Source of the DNA: Halorarum halobium
GTDB lineage: Archaea > Halobacteriota > Halobacteria > Halobacteriales > Haloferacaceae
Length of the DNA stretch: 64,000 nucleotides
NCBI RefSeq assembly: GCF_032116555.1
Contig: NZ_CP134949.1
Span: forward strand, 2,480,001-2,544,000
Reading direction: 5' to 3'
The notes beneath the pieces were generated by a model. That model ran no database searches. It saw only the letters and a list, made by a program, of their open reading frames with translations, and was not told the origin of the DNA. The stretch's first letter is position 1, and every line of letters starts with the position of its first letter. Of this stretch, positions 11,269-21,258 are shown piece by piece. The translations under genes and the position numbers were made by a program.

Positions 11269-11908
11269 GTGGCTCGATGGGAACCCCGCACCAAAGTTCC
11301 ACGGGACTCCGGCACTGGAGCGGAGGTCACCGGTCGACCGAACTCGGACGGGTGACGTACGGTAAACGAGATTGGAAGTGGGACGATATACAACTATCCT
11401 TATATTAATTCAAGTAAGTTTTTCACTACCTTCGAGAGCACGGGTGATAGTAGCCCATATGACGATGGTAGTCCGAAAAGAATGGGAGTATTCCCAGTAC
11501 CGGCGTGTAATTAACGATGAATGAGTAAACTCGACTCCAGTCCGACGGCGGGAGGCGAGCTGGGCCGAAACCCGGCGAGTGCGTGCGAGCAACCTCTTCT
11601 GACCGTAATACCCGGTTCATCCGCGTTTTTGGACTGAGGGATGCGACGTTTCGTCCGGCTCCCGATCGCGGTCCCGAACCGGGGACTGGAAAGAACCATC
11701 ACTATTCGATGTATTCTGTGAAAGGAGAGCGTCACGGAACGAGCGGTCAGTCCCTGCCGCCGGCACACGCGGTGCGGTCGTCTCGCTCCCCTCGCGGTAG
11801 CGGCGCGGAGGCTCGTGACCGCTCCGCTCGCGGACTCACTGTCTCAGGCGTGAACGCTCCCCGACGAACCGTGAACGGTTCCCGCCCCCCGAACGTCGTC
11901 CCGGACGC

Positions 11909-13204
11909 TCAGAGGGTCGGCAGGAACAGCGCGATCGAGGGGAAGAAGACGATGAGCAGGATGACGAGGAGGATCGGGACGTAGAAGGGGATGACCGCGC
12001 GCACGATCTCCTCGATCTTCGCGTCCGTGACCTTCTCCAGGACGAACAGGATGACCCCGAGCGGGGGCGTCAGCAGGCCGAGCATCAGCGTCAGCACCAT
12101 CACGATCCCGAAGTGCAGCGTGTCGATGCCGGCGATGGTGAGGACCGGGAGGAGGATCGGGACGAGGATCGTGATCGCCGCCATCGTCTCGAGGAACGTC
12201 CCGACGACGAGCAGCACGAGCACGAGCAGCAGGAGGATCATCGTCGGGTCGCTCGTCAGTCCGGTCAGGGCTTCCGCGATGAAGATCGGCAGCTGGAGCT
12301 GGAGCGCGATCAGCCCGTAGAGGGCGGCCACGCCGACGATGAACATGAGCGCGAACGTCTCCACCATGCTGTCCCGCGTCTCGAGGTAGAGCCCGTGGAG
12401 GTCGAGTTCGCCGTAGTAAAAGCCCATGGCGATCACGTAGATGACCGCGATCGCGCCGGCCTCGGTCGCCGTGAACCACCCGCTGAGGATCCCGCCGATG
12501 ATGAGAACCGGGGTGAGTAGCGGTAGCAGTGCGGCCTTGAAGCTCTCGACCGCCTCCTCGGTCGTGAACGCGTCGCCGCCCTCGTAGCCGCGGTGCACGA
12601 CCATCAGCATCACGAACGCCATCAGCAGGAGGCCGATGAGCACGCCCGGAACGATCCCGGCGATGAACAGGTCGCCGATCGACTCCTCGGCGAGGATGCC
12701 GTAGATGATCATGACGACGCTCGGCGGGATGATCGGCCCGATGACCGCCGACGAGCCGGTGACGCCCAGCGAGATGTCCTTGTCGTACCCCTCGTCCCGC
12801 ATCGCCTTGTACTCGACGCGGCCGAGCCCGGCGGCGTCGGCGACGGCCAGCCCGGACATGCCCGAGAAGATCATGCTCGCCACGATGTTCACGTAGGCGA
12901 TCCCGCCGCGGAACTGGCCGACGAGCGCGGTCGCGAAGCGGAAGATGCGTTCGGTCAGCCCGATCCGGTTCATCAACCGGCCGAGCAGGAGGTAGAACGG
13001 AACTGCGAGAATGGTGAAGCTGTTGACGCCGAACAGCAACTGGGAGGCGATCAGCTCGTAGTTCAGCCCGCGGCCGAACGGCGAGACCATGATGAGCACG
13101 CTCGTCACGCCCATCGCGACCGCGACGGGGACGCCCATGAGGTAGAGCAGCAGCACCCCGCCGAGGAAGATGGTGAGGATCAACCCCAGTTCGGGGACGA
13201 TCAC
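11909..13204 (-). CDS. dctM: TRAP transporter large permease
   Basis: Polytopic hydrophobic protein; FSGMSGLAVADAA, IIPPS, TATEAG, LLTPPLG. Confidence 0.92.
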   Translation of the reverse strand: MIVPELGLILTIFLGGVLLLYLMGVPVAVAMGVTSVLIMVSPFGRGLNYELIASQLLFGVNSFTILAVPFYLLLGRLMNRIGLTERIFRFATALVGQFRGGIAYVNIVASMIFSGMSGLAVADAAGLGRVEYKAMRDEGYDKDISLGVTGSSAVIGPIIPPSVVMIIYGILAEESIGDLFIAGIVPGVLIGLLLMAFVMLMVVHRGYEGGDAFTTEEAVESFKAALLPLLTPVLIIGGILSGWFTATEAGAIAVIYVIAMGFYYGELDLHGLYLETRDSMVETFALMFIVGVAALYGLIALQLQLPIFIAEALTGLTSDPTMILLLLVLVLLVVGTFLETMAAITILVPILLPVLTIAGIDTLHFGIVMVLTLMLGLLTPPLGVILFVLEKVTDAKIEEIVRAVIPFYVPILLVILLIVFFPSIALFLPTL

Positions 13205-13743
13205 GAGTCGACCCCCGAACCGTCCGTCGACGTCGGCTCAGCCCGGAGCAGTCCGACGAGCGTGCGCGCCTCGTAGACGGCCAGCAGGACGAACGCGAGA
13301 CAGATCCCGAGATACAGCATGCCCGACGTGATCACCTGGACGGAGCCGAACTGGTCGCCCCACGTCCCGCCGGCCATCGTCGCCGTCCCCCGGATGACGA
13401 TCAGCGCGAACGCGAGAACGATCACCGAGACGACGACGTCCAGCAGGCGCTTGGCGCGCGGGGACCGTTCCGCCAGCCGGTTCGGGAAGTAGTCCATCCT
13501 GATGTGCTCGTCGTTGCGCGTGGCGACGGCCGCGCCGACGTACGTCGCGATGACGAGACAGTATCTCGCCAGCGGCTCCGTCCAGTGGAACGGGATTCCG
13601 GCCACCTGAACGTCCAGCAGGCGGACGACCACCTGCACCGTGGCGAGAAGGATCGTCAGCGTAAACAGGAGGGTCCCGAGCGCGATCACGCCCCTGTCGA
13701 ACCACGACTCGACGTGCAGGTCGAGGTTTTGTGTCGTGCTCAT
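13201..13743 (-). CDS. dctQ: TRAP transporter small permease
   Basis: About 4 TM segments, WTEPLARY, EHIRMD; overlaps dctM start. Confidence 0.88.
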   Translation of the reverse strand: MSTTQNLDLHVESWFDRGVIALGTLLFTLTILLATVQVVVRLLDVQVAGIPFHWTEPLARYCLVIATYVGAAVATRNDEHIRMDYFPNRLAERSPRAKRLLDVVVSVIVLAFALIVIRGTATMAGGTWGDQFGSVQVITSGMLYLGICLAFVLLAVYEARTLVGLLRAEPTSTDGSGVDS

Positions 13744-13819
13744 GCGTACCTGTGGGCTCTGCCGGCACCCATATGAATCGTGCGGGTGAGTGGCGAGGGG
13801 TTCCTGGTCGGGTCCCGGC

Positions 13820-14917
13820 TCACATCTGCTGGACTTCTTCCCAGGTTCCGGCCCAGGTCGACTCGAACAGCCCGTTGATCGCCGGCGTCGCCGCCGACTT
13901 GAACGCCTCGACGTCGACGTCGCGGACGATCGTCATCCCGTTCGATTCGAGCTGGTTGATCGTCTCCTCCTCGGTCTCGATCCCGATCTCGGCGGCCTCC
14001 GCGGTCGCCTCGAACCCGAGTTCGATGACGAGCTCCTGGTAGGTCGGGTCGAGCCCCTGGTAGAACTCCTCGTTGATCCAGAGGTTCCGGTTGCCGACCA
14101 TCTGTTTCGTGAGGTTGAGGTGGGACTGCACCTCGTTGAGCTTCGAGGACTCGACGAGGTTCGCGTCGACGGCCGCGCCGTCCGCGGTCCCCGTCTGCAG
14201 TCCGCTGTAGATCTCGTTGCCCGGGATCGAGGTGGGGTTGACGCCGATCTCCTGCCACACCTCGACCCAGGCGTCGATGCCGGGCAGCCGCAGCTTCATC
14301 CCCTGCACGTCCTCGGGCGTCCTGACCGCCGAGTTGGCGGTGACGTTCCGCCGGCCGACGTACACGGGCTGGCCCATGACCCGGAGGCCGTTCTCGGCGG
14401 CGATCTTGTCGTACACCTCCTCCTGGATCATGTCGCTCTCCATCACCCGCAGGAGGTGGTCGTAGTCTTCCATCACGTAGGGGCTCGACGTGTACCAGTG
14501 TTCGGTCGCGTACAGGAAGATCGGGATCGGGCCGACCCCCATCCCCTCCAGGCCGCCCTGGGCGGCCGTCTGGGTCATCTCGACCTCGCCGCCGTACGCG
14601 CCGCCGGGGACGTGGTTCACCGAGAACCGGCCGTCGGTCTCGGCTTCGATCTTCTCCTTGAACCGGGCGATGGCGATGTTGTCGATGCTGCCCGACTGGA
14701 ACGAACTGGCGAACGTCGCCGTCACCTCCGGGAGCGACTCGTAGTCGTTCCCGGACTCGCTCGTGGTCGTGCCGTCCCCGCCGCCGCTTTCGGTGTCGCT
14801 CTCGGTCGGTTCCGCGGTGTCCGATCCGCCGCCTGTACATCCAGCCGAGCCGATTACCCCCGCGACGGCTGTCGAACCGAGGACCCGCCGCCGGGTGATT
14901 CCGTTGTGCTTTGTCAT
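13820..14917 (-). CDS. dctP: TRAP substrate-binding lipoprotein (Tat)
   Basis: TRRRVL twin-Arg, SAGC lipobox, DVQGMKLRLP, EIYSGLQTG.ADG. Confidence 0.9.
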   Translation of the reverse strand: MTKHNGITRRRVLGSTAVAGVIGSAGCTGGGSDTAEPTESDTESGGGDGTTTSESGNDYESLPEVTATFASSFQSGSIDNIAIARFKEKIEAETDGRFSVNHVPGGAYGGEVEMTQTAAQGGLEGMGVGPIPIFLYATEHWYTSSPYVMEDYDHLLRVMESDMIQEEVYDKIAAENGLRVMGQPVYVGRRNVTANSAVRTPEDVQGMKLRLPGIDAWVEVWQEIGVNPTSIPGNEIYSGLQTGTADGAAVDANLVESSKLNEVQSHLNLTKQMVGNRNLWINEEFYQGLDPTYQELVIELGFEATAEAAEIGIETEEETINQLESNGMTIVRDVDVEAFKSAATPAINGLFESTWAGTWEEVQQM

Positions 14918-15108
14918 GGTTGTCTCCGTGCCTGCTCGCGGACCCCGCACACCGTTCGGCGCGTGCGACGTCGTGTGTCGAACGATCCTGGTCCGCGTTA
15001 CCAACTGTCCTCTCCTGCTCACTGGTGATAAACGTAGTGGAAAATATCTCCGGGGCGACGTTGAATTTTTCGGAAAAGGTGATTAGCGGGCCGCGTGAGA
15101 CGGGAGAC

Positions 15109-16326
15109 ATGGCGGATCACGAGTTCAGACACTGGTACGGCCCGACCGAACTGACGGCCGGTCCCGGGTGCGTCGAAGCCCTCGATCGCGCCGTGCGCGA
15201 GGCGGGCGGGTCGAGCGCGCTGGTCGTCGCGGGTCGGTCGGTCAGCCAACAGCCGGCGGTGATGGACCCGATCCTGGCGGGCCTCGGCGACGCGTACGCG
15301 GCGACGTTCACCGAGGTGACCGCGGACAAGACGTACGAGTCGGTTCGGGCGGCGGCCGCGCGGGTGCGCGAGGACGGCATCGACGCCGTCGTCGGCGTCG
15401 GCGGCGGCGGTTGCATGGACGCCGCGCGGGCCGTCAGTGTCGTCGCAGCCCATCCCGAGGCCGACCCGCAGTCGCTCTTTGCCGACGTCGACGAGCGCGG
15501 GGAACTCACGCTCTCCAGGCTCCCGAACGCGCCGCTCCCGGTGGTCGAAGTGCCGACGACGCTCTCGGGCGCGGAGGTGACGTGTGCGGCCGGGATGAAC
15601 GTCGTGGACCCCGACGGGGGACACGTCGTCCGCACCGCGCCGATCATCCACCCCGACATCTGGCCGGCCGCGATCTTCTACGACCCGGAACTCGCCGTCG
15701 AGACCCCCGAGCGGGTGATCACCACCTCGGCCATGAACGGGCTCGACCACGGGATCGAGATGCTCTACTCGCGCAACGCGATCCCGATGACGGACGCGAC
15801 CGCGGCCCACGGCGTCCGCGTGCTCTCGGATGCGCTCCCGCGGCTCGGCGCGAACCCCGACGACGTCGACGCGATGGGCGACGCGATGGTGGGCGTGGCG
15901 CTCTCGACCACCGGGCTCATCGACCCCACCAGCGGGCCCAAGTACTCGATCGTCCACGCGTTCGGTCACCAGCTCGCCCAGCAGTGCGGCGTCCAGCAGG
16001 GGCTCGCACACGGGGTGATGGCCCCCGACGTGCTCGCGTACGTGTTCGAGAACGTGGACGGCCGCCGGGACCTGCTGGCGGACGCGCTGGGCGTCGACGC
16101 GGGCGGGACGGCCGTGGAGACCGGGGACGCCGTCGTCGAGGCGGTCCGGGACGTCAGGGACGGGCTCGGGCTCCCGTCCCGACTGCGCGACCTGGACGCG
16201 GTGGATCGGGCGGAGTTCGACGCGCTCGGCGCGGCGATCGAGGGCGACATCGGCCTGACGTTCGCGCCCGAGGGGCTCGACCCCACCCCCGAGTCGCTGA
16301 CTCGCGTGCTCGAACGCGCCTGGTGA
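15109..16326 (+). CDS. Iron-containing (group III) alcohol dehydrogenase family protein
   Basis: GVGGGGCMDAAR, VPTTLSGAE, NGLDHGIE, VHAFGHQL, HG metal ligands. Confidence 0.88.
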   Translation: MADHEFRHWYGPTELTAGPGCVEALDRAVREAGGSSALVVAGRSVSQQPAVMDPILAGLGDAYAATFTEVTADKTYESVRAAAARVREDGIDAVVGVGGGGCMDAARAVSVVAAHPEADPQSLFADVDERGELTLSRLPNAPLPVVEVPTTLSGAEVTCAAGMNVVDPDGGHVVRTAPIIHPDIWPAAIFYDPELAVETPERVITTSAMNGLDHGIEMLYSRNAIPMTDATAAHGVRVLSDALPRLGANPDDVDAMGDAMVGVALSTTGLIDPTSGPKYSIVHAFGHQLAQQCGVQQGLAHGVMAPDVLAYVFENVDGRRDLLADALGVDAGGTAVETGDAVVEAVRDVRDGLGLPSRLRDLDAVDRAEFDALGAAIEGDIGLTFAPEGLDPTPESLTRVLERAW

Positions 16327-16336
16327 GGCGGCGATA

Positions 16337-16355
16337 CGTTCGACAGCATCGAACG
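16337..16355. promoter_or_regulatory. Palindromic operator CGTTCGA-N5-TCGAACG, copy 1
   Basis: cgttcga cagca tcgaacg, immediately before TTTATC TATA-like box of the IclR gene. Confidence 0.7.
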
Positions 16356-16387
16356 ATTTATCACGGTCGAAGACACATCGTTCCGGT

Positions 16388-17152
16388 ATGACCGAGGGCG
16401 ACTCACTCACGATCAAATCCGACCGGACGTTACTCTCGATTCTCACGGTGCTCGGCGACAGGGAGCGCGCGGGCGTGACCGAGATCGCCTCGGAGATCGG
16501 CCGCGCGAAAAGCACGGTTCACGGCCACCTGCAGTCGCTGCGCGAGGCGGGGCTCGTGGTCAGGGACGGCGACGAGTACCGGCTCAGCCTCGCGTTCCTG
16601 AACTTCGGGAAGGGCGTCCAGACCACGCATCCGATCTACGAGGTGGCGGAGCCGAAAGTCGACGAACTCGCGGAGATCTCGAAGGAGAAGGCGTGGTGTT
16701 TCGTCGAGCAGCGCGGCTACGCCGTCTACCTCCTGGGCAGCCAGGGCGAGAACGCGACGAAGACCCCGGCGCGCGTCGGCCACCACAGGCACATCCACCA
16801 GCTCGCCGGCGGGAAGGCGATCCTCGCGCACCTCCCCGAGGACCGGCTCGCGGAGATCATCGCCGACCACGGCCTGCCGTCGGCGACCTCACACACGATC
16901 ACCGACGAGTCGGCGCTCCGCTCGGAGCTGGAGGCGATCCGGGAGCGCGGGTTCTCGCTCAACGTGGAGGAGGCCATGACCGGGCTCAACGCCATCTCGG
17001 TTCCGGTCCTCGACGTCGAGGGAGGCGTGTACGGCGCGCTCAGCATCGGCGGGCCAGCCCACCGCCTGACGCGCGAGCACATGGAAGAGGAACTCGCACC
17101 GATGCTGCTCGGGATCGCGAACGAGGTGGAGATCAACATCAGACACTGGTGA
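16388..17152 (+). CDS. IclR-family transcriptional regulator
   Basis: HTH GVTEIA....AKSTVHGHL, GGKAILAHLP, TITD...LRSELE.IRERG, ALSIGGP. Confidence 0.93.
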   Translation: MTEGDSLTIKSDRTLLSILTVLGDRERAGVTEIASEIGRAKSTVHGHLQSLREAGLVVRDGDEYRLSLAFLNFGKGVQTTHPIYEVAEPKVDELAEISKEKAWCFVEQRGYAVYLLGSQGENATKTPARVGHHRHIHQLAGGKAILAHLPEDRLAEIIADHGLPSATSHTITDESALRSELEAIRERGFSLNVEEAMTGLNAISVPVLDVEGGVYGALSIGGPAHRLTREHMEEELAPMLLGIANEVEINIRHW

Positions 17153-17160
17153 GCCGCAAC

Positions 17161-17179
17161 CGTTCGACGACATCGAACG
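17161..17179. promoter_or_regulatory. Palindromic operator CGTTCGA-N5-TCGAACG, copy 2
   Basis: cgttcga cgaca tcgaacg. Confidence 0.65.
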
Positions 17180-17287
17180 CCCGTTTGGGCCTTCTATTAC
17201 AACGCTAATGCTGTAATTCTCTCGAACGATCACCGGGAATCCCGCGAGCGAACCGTCGGGACGCCGTTCGGGGGTCCCCGCGGCACG

Positions 17288-17306
17288 CGTTCGACAGCGT
17301 CGAACG
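17288..17306. promoter_or_regulatory. Palindromic operator CGTTCGA-N5-TCGAACG, copy 3
   Basis: cgttcga cagcg tcgaacg, upstream of the cupin gene (TTTATG at about 17374). Confidence 0.65.
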
Positions 17307-17403
17307 CCCGCGCTCGTGGCCACGGCAGGGCGGGACGGAACCTGTCCGGCGAGCGACCCGTGGCTGAGCGAAGATTTATGGGTACCGGTGCGAGAGAGCG
17401 AGC

Positions 17404-17934
17404 GTGGTTGCTCACAAGAACTACGCGGCGCTGCCACGCCAGAAGCCGTTCAAGGTGAAGGCGACGGCGTCACCGACGGTAGCGGAGGCCGGCGAGACGG
17501 CGGACGGCGACCCGCACATGACGATCTACTCGACGGTGCTCACGAACGACTTCATCTCGACGTGGACGACGGGCGAGCCCGGCGCGACCATCCCGTGGCA
17601 CTCGCACAGTCCGGAGATGTACCAGGTCCTGTTCAACGTCGAGGGGCGGTGCCGCTGGCACTACAAGGACAACGACGGCACCGAGCGGAGCATCGACGGG
17701 AACCCCGGCGAGGTCATCTACCTGCCCGCGGGCGCGGAGAACAGGGTCGAGGTGATCGGCGACGAGCAGCACACCCACATCGGGGCGCTGAAGCGACCGC
17801 GCGTTCCCCGGCTGGAGCACCTGATGGGTGAGACGGAGGGGCTGTACGACCACACCGAGTTCCCCGCCGCGCTCGTGTACGACGACATGAACGACCGGGT
17901 CGTGCGGCAGGTCGACTCCGCGCTCGTCGACTGA
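17404..17934 (+). CDS. Cupin-domain protein
   Basis: PGATIPWHSHS motif 1, PGEVIYLPAGAEN motif 2; GTG start. Confidence 0.8.
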   Translation: MVAHKNYAALPRQKPFKVKATASPTVAEAGETADGDPHMTIYSTVLTNDFISTWTTGEPGATIPWHSHSPEMYQVLFNVEGRCRWHYKDNDGTERSIDGNPGEVIYLPAGAENRVEVIGDEQHTHIGALKRPRVPRLEHLMGETEGLYDHTEFPAALVYDDMNDRVVRQVDSALVD

Positions 17935-18119
17935 GTCTCCCGGGGCGGACGGCGACGAACTGAGGGCGGACGGCGACGGATTGCGACGGACGACGACGAA
18001 CGAGCGGGGCGCGGCCGACCGGCGTGATCGGTTCCGCGAGTCGCCCGTATGGCGCTTCCGCGCGGACCGGGAACCGCGACGAGCGGTACCTTCTTACCGT
18101 CCCTCCCCGAGCATTTCCC

Positions 18120-19655
18120 ATGATGCGGATCGAAGCGCTTCTGGATCGACGCGTGGAGAAGACGCCGGACGGGACCTTCCTCACGTTCCCGGAGTCGAGC
18201 GAGACGTACGAATCGGTCGCGAACAGATCCAAGCAGTACGCCAACGCGCTCGCGGAGCGAGGGATCGGGGCGGGCGACGCGGTCGGCCTCTTCCTGCCGA
18301 ACCGCCCCGAGTTCGTCTACCTCATGTTCGCGACCGCCTACCTCGACGCGGTCACGGCCCCGGCCAACCCCGAGTACAGGGCGGGCGAACTCGAGCACTC
18401 GCTCACGCTCTCGGAGCCGGAGGTGCTCGTCACGACGGCCGAACTCGTCGACGTGGCCGTGGAGGCTGCCGCGGGGACCGGCGTCTACGAGATCCTGCTC
18501 GTCGACGAGCTGGACGGGTACGAGGAGTTGCCCGCACTCGCCGACGAGCAGCCGACGACGGTCGAGCCGAACGACGGCGACCCGACCGCGGTCGGGCTCC
18601 ACATGTACACGTCGGGGACGACCGGCCCGCCGAAGGCCGTCGAGTGCCAGCACGAGAACTGGACGATCAGCGCGGTCGACTTCCAGAAGCGGATGGGCTT
18701 TACCCACGAGGACACGCTGTTCACGGCGCTCCCGCTGTTCCACGCGAACGCGCAGGTGTACTCGATGCTCGGGGCCGCTGCCGCGGGCGCGGAGGTCATC
18801 ATCTACGAGCGGTTCTCCTCGTCCAACTGGTGGCAGTGGTGCCGCGAGCACGACGTGACGGAGTTCAACGCGATGGGGAGCATGCTGAAGATGCTCGACA
18901 ACGTCCCGCCCTCGGCGGTCGACGAGACGAACCCGGTCGAGCAGGTGTTCTCTGCCGGCACGCCCCCCGAGCTGATCGAGCCGTTCGAGGAGCGCTTCGA
19001 CCTCCGGGTCGTCGAGGGCTACTCGCTGACCGAGGACACGATGTTGATCCTGAATCCCACCTCGGACGAGAAGCGGAGGATCGGGAGCATCGGGCTCCCG
19101 CCGGCCGAGAAACGCGTCAAGATCGTCGACGACGAGGGCGAGGAGGTGCCCCGCGGGACGAAAGGCGAGATCCTCCAGCAGGGGCCGACGCTCATGGCCG
19201 GCTACCACGGCCAGCCCGAGAAGACGGCCGAGGTCGTCGACGAGGACGGCTGGTTCTCGACCGGCGACTACGGAAAGCTCGACGAGGACGGCTTCCTCTA
19301 CTTCCTCGACCGGAAGAAGGACATCGTCCGGCGCGGCGGGGAGAACATCTCCTCCTACGAGGTCGAGGGCGTCATCAAGGCGATCGAGGCCGTCGAGGAG
19401 GTCGCGGTCATTCCGAGCCCGGACGAGTTCTACACCGAGGTCGTGAAGGCGACCGTGACCGTGAAGGAGGGCCACGACCTCGCGGAGGAAGAGATCGTCG
19501 AGCGGTGTCGCGCCGAACTCGCGCCGTTCAAGGTGCCCAGGTACGTCGAGTTCGTCTCGGAGTTCCCGTACACGCCGACGGGGAAGATCCAGAAACAGAA
19601 GCTCCGGAGCCGCGAGAAGGAGGAGGACGTCGACCACTGGGAACGGCCCGAGTAG
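18120..19655 (+). CDS. Acyl-CoA synthetase, CaiC-like adenylate-forming ligase
   Basis: YTSGTTGPPK, PLFHANA, GYSLTE, FSTGD, DRKKDIVRRGGENISS.EVE, TGKIQK. Confidence 0.92.
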   Translation: MMRIEALLDRRVEKTPDGTFLTFPESSETYESVANRSKQYANALAERGIGAGDAVGLFLPNRPEFVYLMFATAYLDAVTAPANPEYRAGELEHSLTLSEPEVLVTTAELVDVAVEAAAGTGVYEILLVDELDGYEELPALADEQPTTVEPNDGDPTAVGLHMYTSGTTGPPKAVECQHENWTISAVDFQKRMGFTHEDTLFTALPLFHANAQVYSMLGAAAAGAEVIIYERFSSSNWWQWCREHDVTEFNAMGSMLKMLDNVPPSAVDETNPVEQVFSAGTPPELIEPFEERFDLRVVEGYSLTEDTMLILNPTSDEKRRIGSIGLPPAEKRVKIVDDEGEEVPRGTKGEILQQGPTLMAGYHGQPEKTAEVVDEDGWFSTGDYGKLDEDGFLYFLDRKKDIVRRGGENISSYEVEGVIKAIEAVEEVAVIPSPDEFYTEVVKATVTVKEGHDLAEEEIVERCRAELAPFKVPRYVEFVSEFPYTPTGKIQKQKLRSREKEEDVDHWERPE

Positions 19656-20409
19656 CCGGTCGAACCGATCCATCTGCCCTCCTCGCCGCCCGAATCGCGC
19701 TTTTCGTCGTCTCGACCCCCCGACCGAAGGGGGTCCCCGACGGCATCTCAACTTCGAGACGGATCCATCCCGGATACGAACTTCGAAAGGGTCCCGCCCG
19801 TGAGATTCTCTCTACTTCGGATACTACGGCTGAAATCTAATATATCGTATACTTATTCGTCGGGCCATCCACGGTGTTTTCTCCGTTCGGGACGGTGAAC
19901 CGAATCACACAATAATATATTGAACGATACTGACCCATACTCGGCACGTCCGTGTGAAAACCTATCGTATAGCGGGAGTTTCCACATCTGCAACCGTCAG
20001 CCGACCCGGATGGATTGTCTCCCACCGTTCTGGTCCACGAGTGCCGTAGAGTGGCTGACGGACGAGAAAATGAGGACACTGGAAGCGGTCGTGGGGAAAC
20101 TGAATCCGCCGGTTCCGATCGTCCGTACCCGCCACGACTCACGAGGAAACAACGACCGCGTCGATACGATCGGTCCGCAAGAAAACATATAAGAATCGAA
20201 TGATAGATGGAATAATGTTATAAGTTCTTCCGGGCGGCTCCTCACCCTTCTGGCGGAGTCTCGGAGCGATGTGATACGACTCGAAGAGCACAGCAATGCC
20301 GTCTCGCAACTGTTCGCGTGATCGGCCCGACGCGTCCGAACCGATCGGTGGGTCCGGACGACCGTGAGACCGGAAAAGGAACACTCGACCTCGAGAGGTC
20401 GCGCGCCGC

Positions 20410-21180
20410 TCAGACCGAACTGTCGTCGTACCCGCCGTCGACGGTGAGAACTTCGCCGGTCGTGAACGACGCCGCGTCGCTGGCGAGGTAGACGGCGGCA
20501 CCGCTGATCTCGTCGGGCGTCGCGACGCGCCCCATCGGCGTCCTGTCGTCGACGTGCTCGCGGAACTCCGACCCGTCGTCCAGTTTCGGTCCGGCCATCT
20601 CGGTCTTGACGAACCCGGGAGCGATGGCGTTGACCCGGACGTCGGGCGCGAGGTCGGCCGCGGCCGCCCGCGTCAGGCCGTTCACGCCGCTCTTTGCGGC
20701 ACAGTAACTCGGCCGGGCGGCGCGCGCCTGGTCGGCCGACATTGACGAGATGTTGATGATGCTGCCGTCGGTCATGGCGCCGCCGAAGGTCTTGCAGGCC
20801 CGGAACACGCCGGTGAGGTCGACGTCGATGTCGTTTGCCCACTCCGACTCGGTCATCCCATCGATCGGCGTCTGTGCGACGGCGCCGGCGGAGTTGACGA
20901 GGACGTCGATCCCTCCGAGCGCGTCCTCCGCGGCGGACCGGAGCCGCTCGATGGAGTCGGGGTCGGTGACGTCACAGGTGACCTCGGTCGTGGTCGCGCC
21001 GAGCTCGCGGAGTTCGGCGGCCGCCTCCTCAACGGCAGCTTCGGAGCGGCTCGTCGAGACGACGTCGGCACCGTCGCGTGCGAAGTCGTGGGCGATCGCT
21101 CTTCCGATACCTCTCGTGCCGCCGATGATCACGGCGGACTTTCCGTCGACGGTAACCGTCGGCGTGGGAGCAGTCGTCAT
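20410..21180 (-). CDS. Short-chain dehydrogenase/reductase
   Basis: GGTRGIG, NSAG, NISS, YCAAK, VNAIAPG, VDGG. Confidence 0.92.
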   Translation of the reverse strand: MTTAPTPTVTVDGKSAVIIGGTRGIGRAIAHDFARDGADVVSTSRSEAAVEEAAAELRELGATTTEVTCDVTDPDSIERLRSAAEDALGGIDVLVNSAGAVAQTPIDGMTESEWANDIDVDLTGVFRACKTFGGAMTDGSIINISSMSADQARAARPSYCAAKSGVNGLTRAAAADLAPDVRVNAIAPGFVKTEMAGPKLDDGSEFREHVDDRTPMGRVATPDEISGAAVYLASDAASFTTGEVLTVDGGYDDSSV

Positions 21181-21258
21181 GCGTGGGTGTGGGAGTTGCA
21201 GTCGGGTTCGTGAAGGTGTTTCGATGGATCGGGACCGGCTGGCTGATCTGTCGGGACC

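Noticed and set aside
15109..19655. DMSP lyase or sulfoacetate pathway assignment for cupin/Fe-ADH/CoA ligase
   Set aside because: Families are compatible, but no diagnostic residues or partner genes are visible; left unassigned
19920..20192. 90-aa ORF in the lower-GC spacer
   Set aside because: Not acidic, TTG start, no motif; probably spurious
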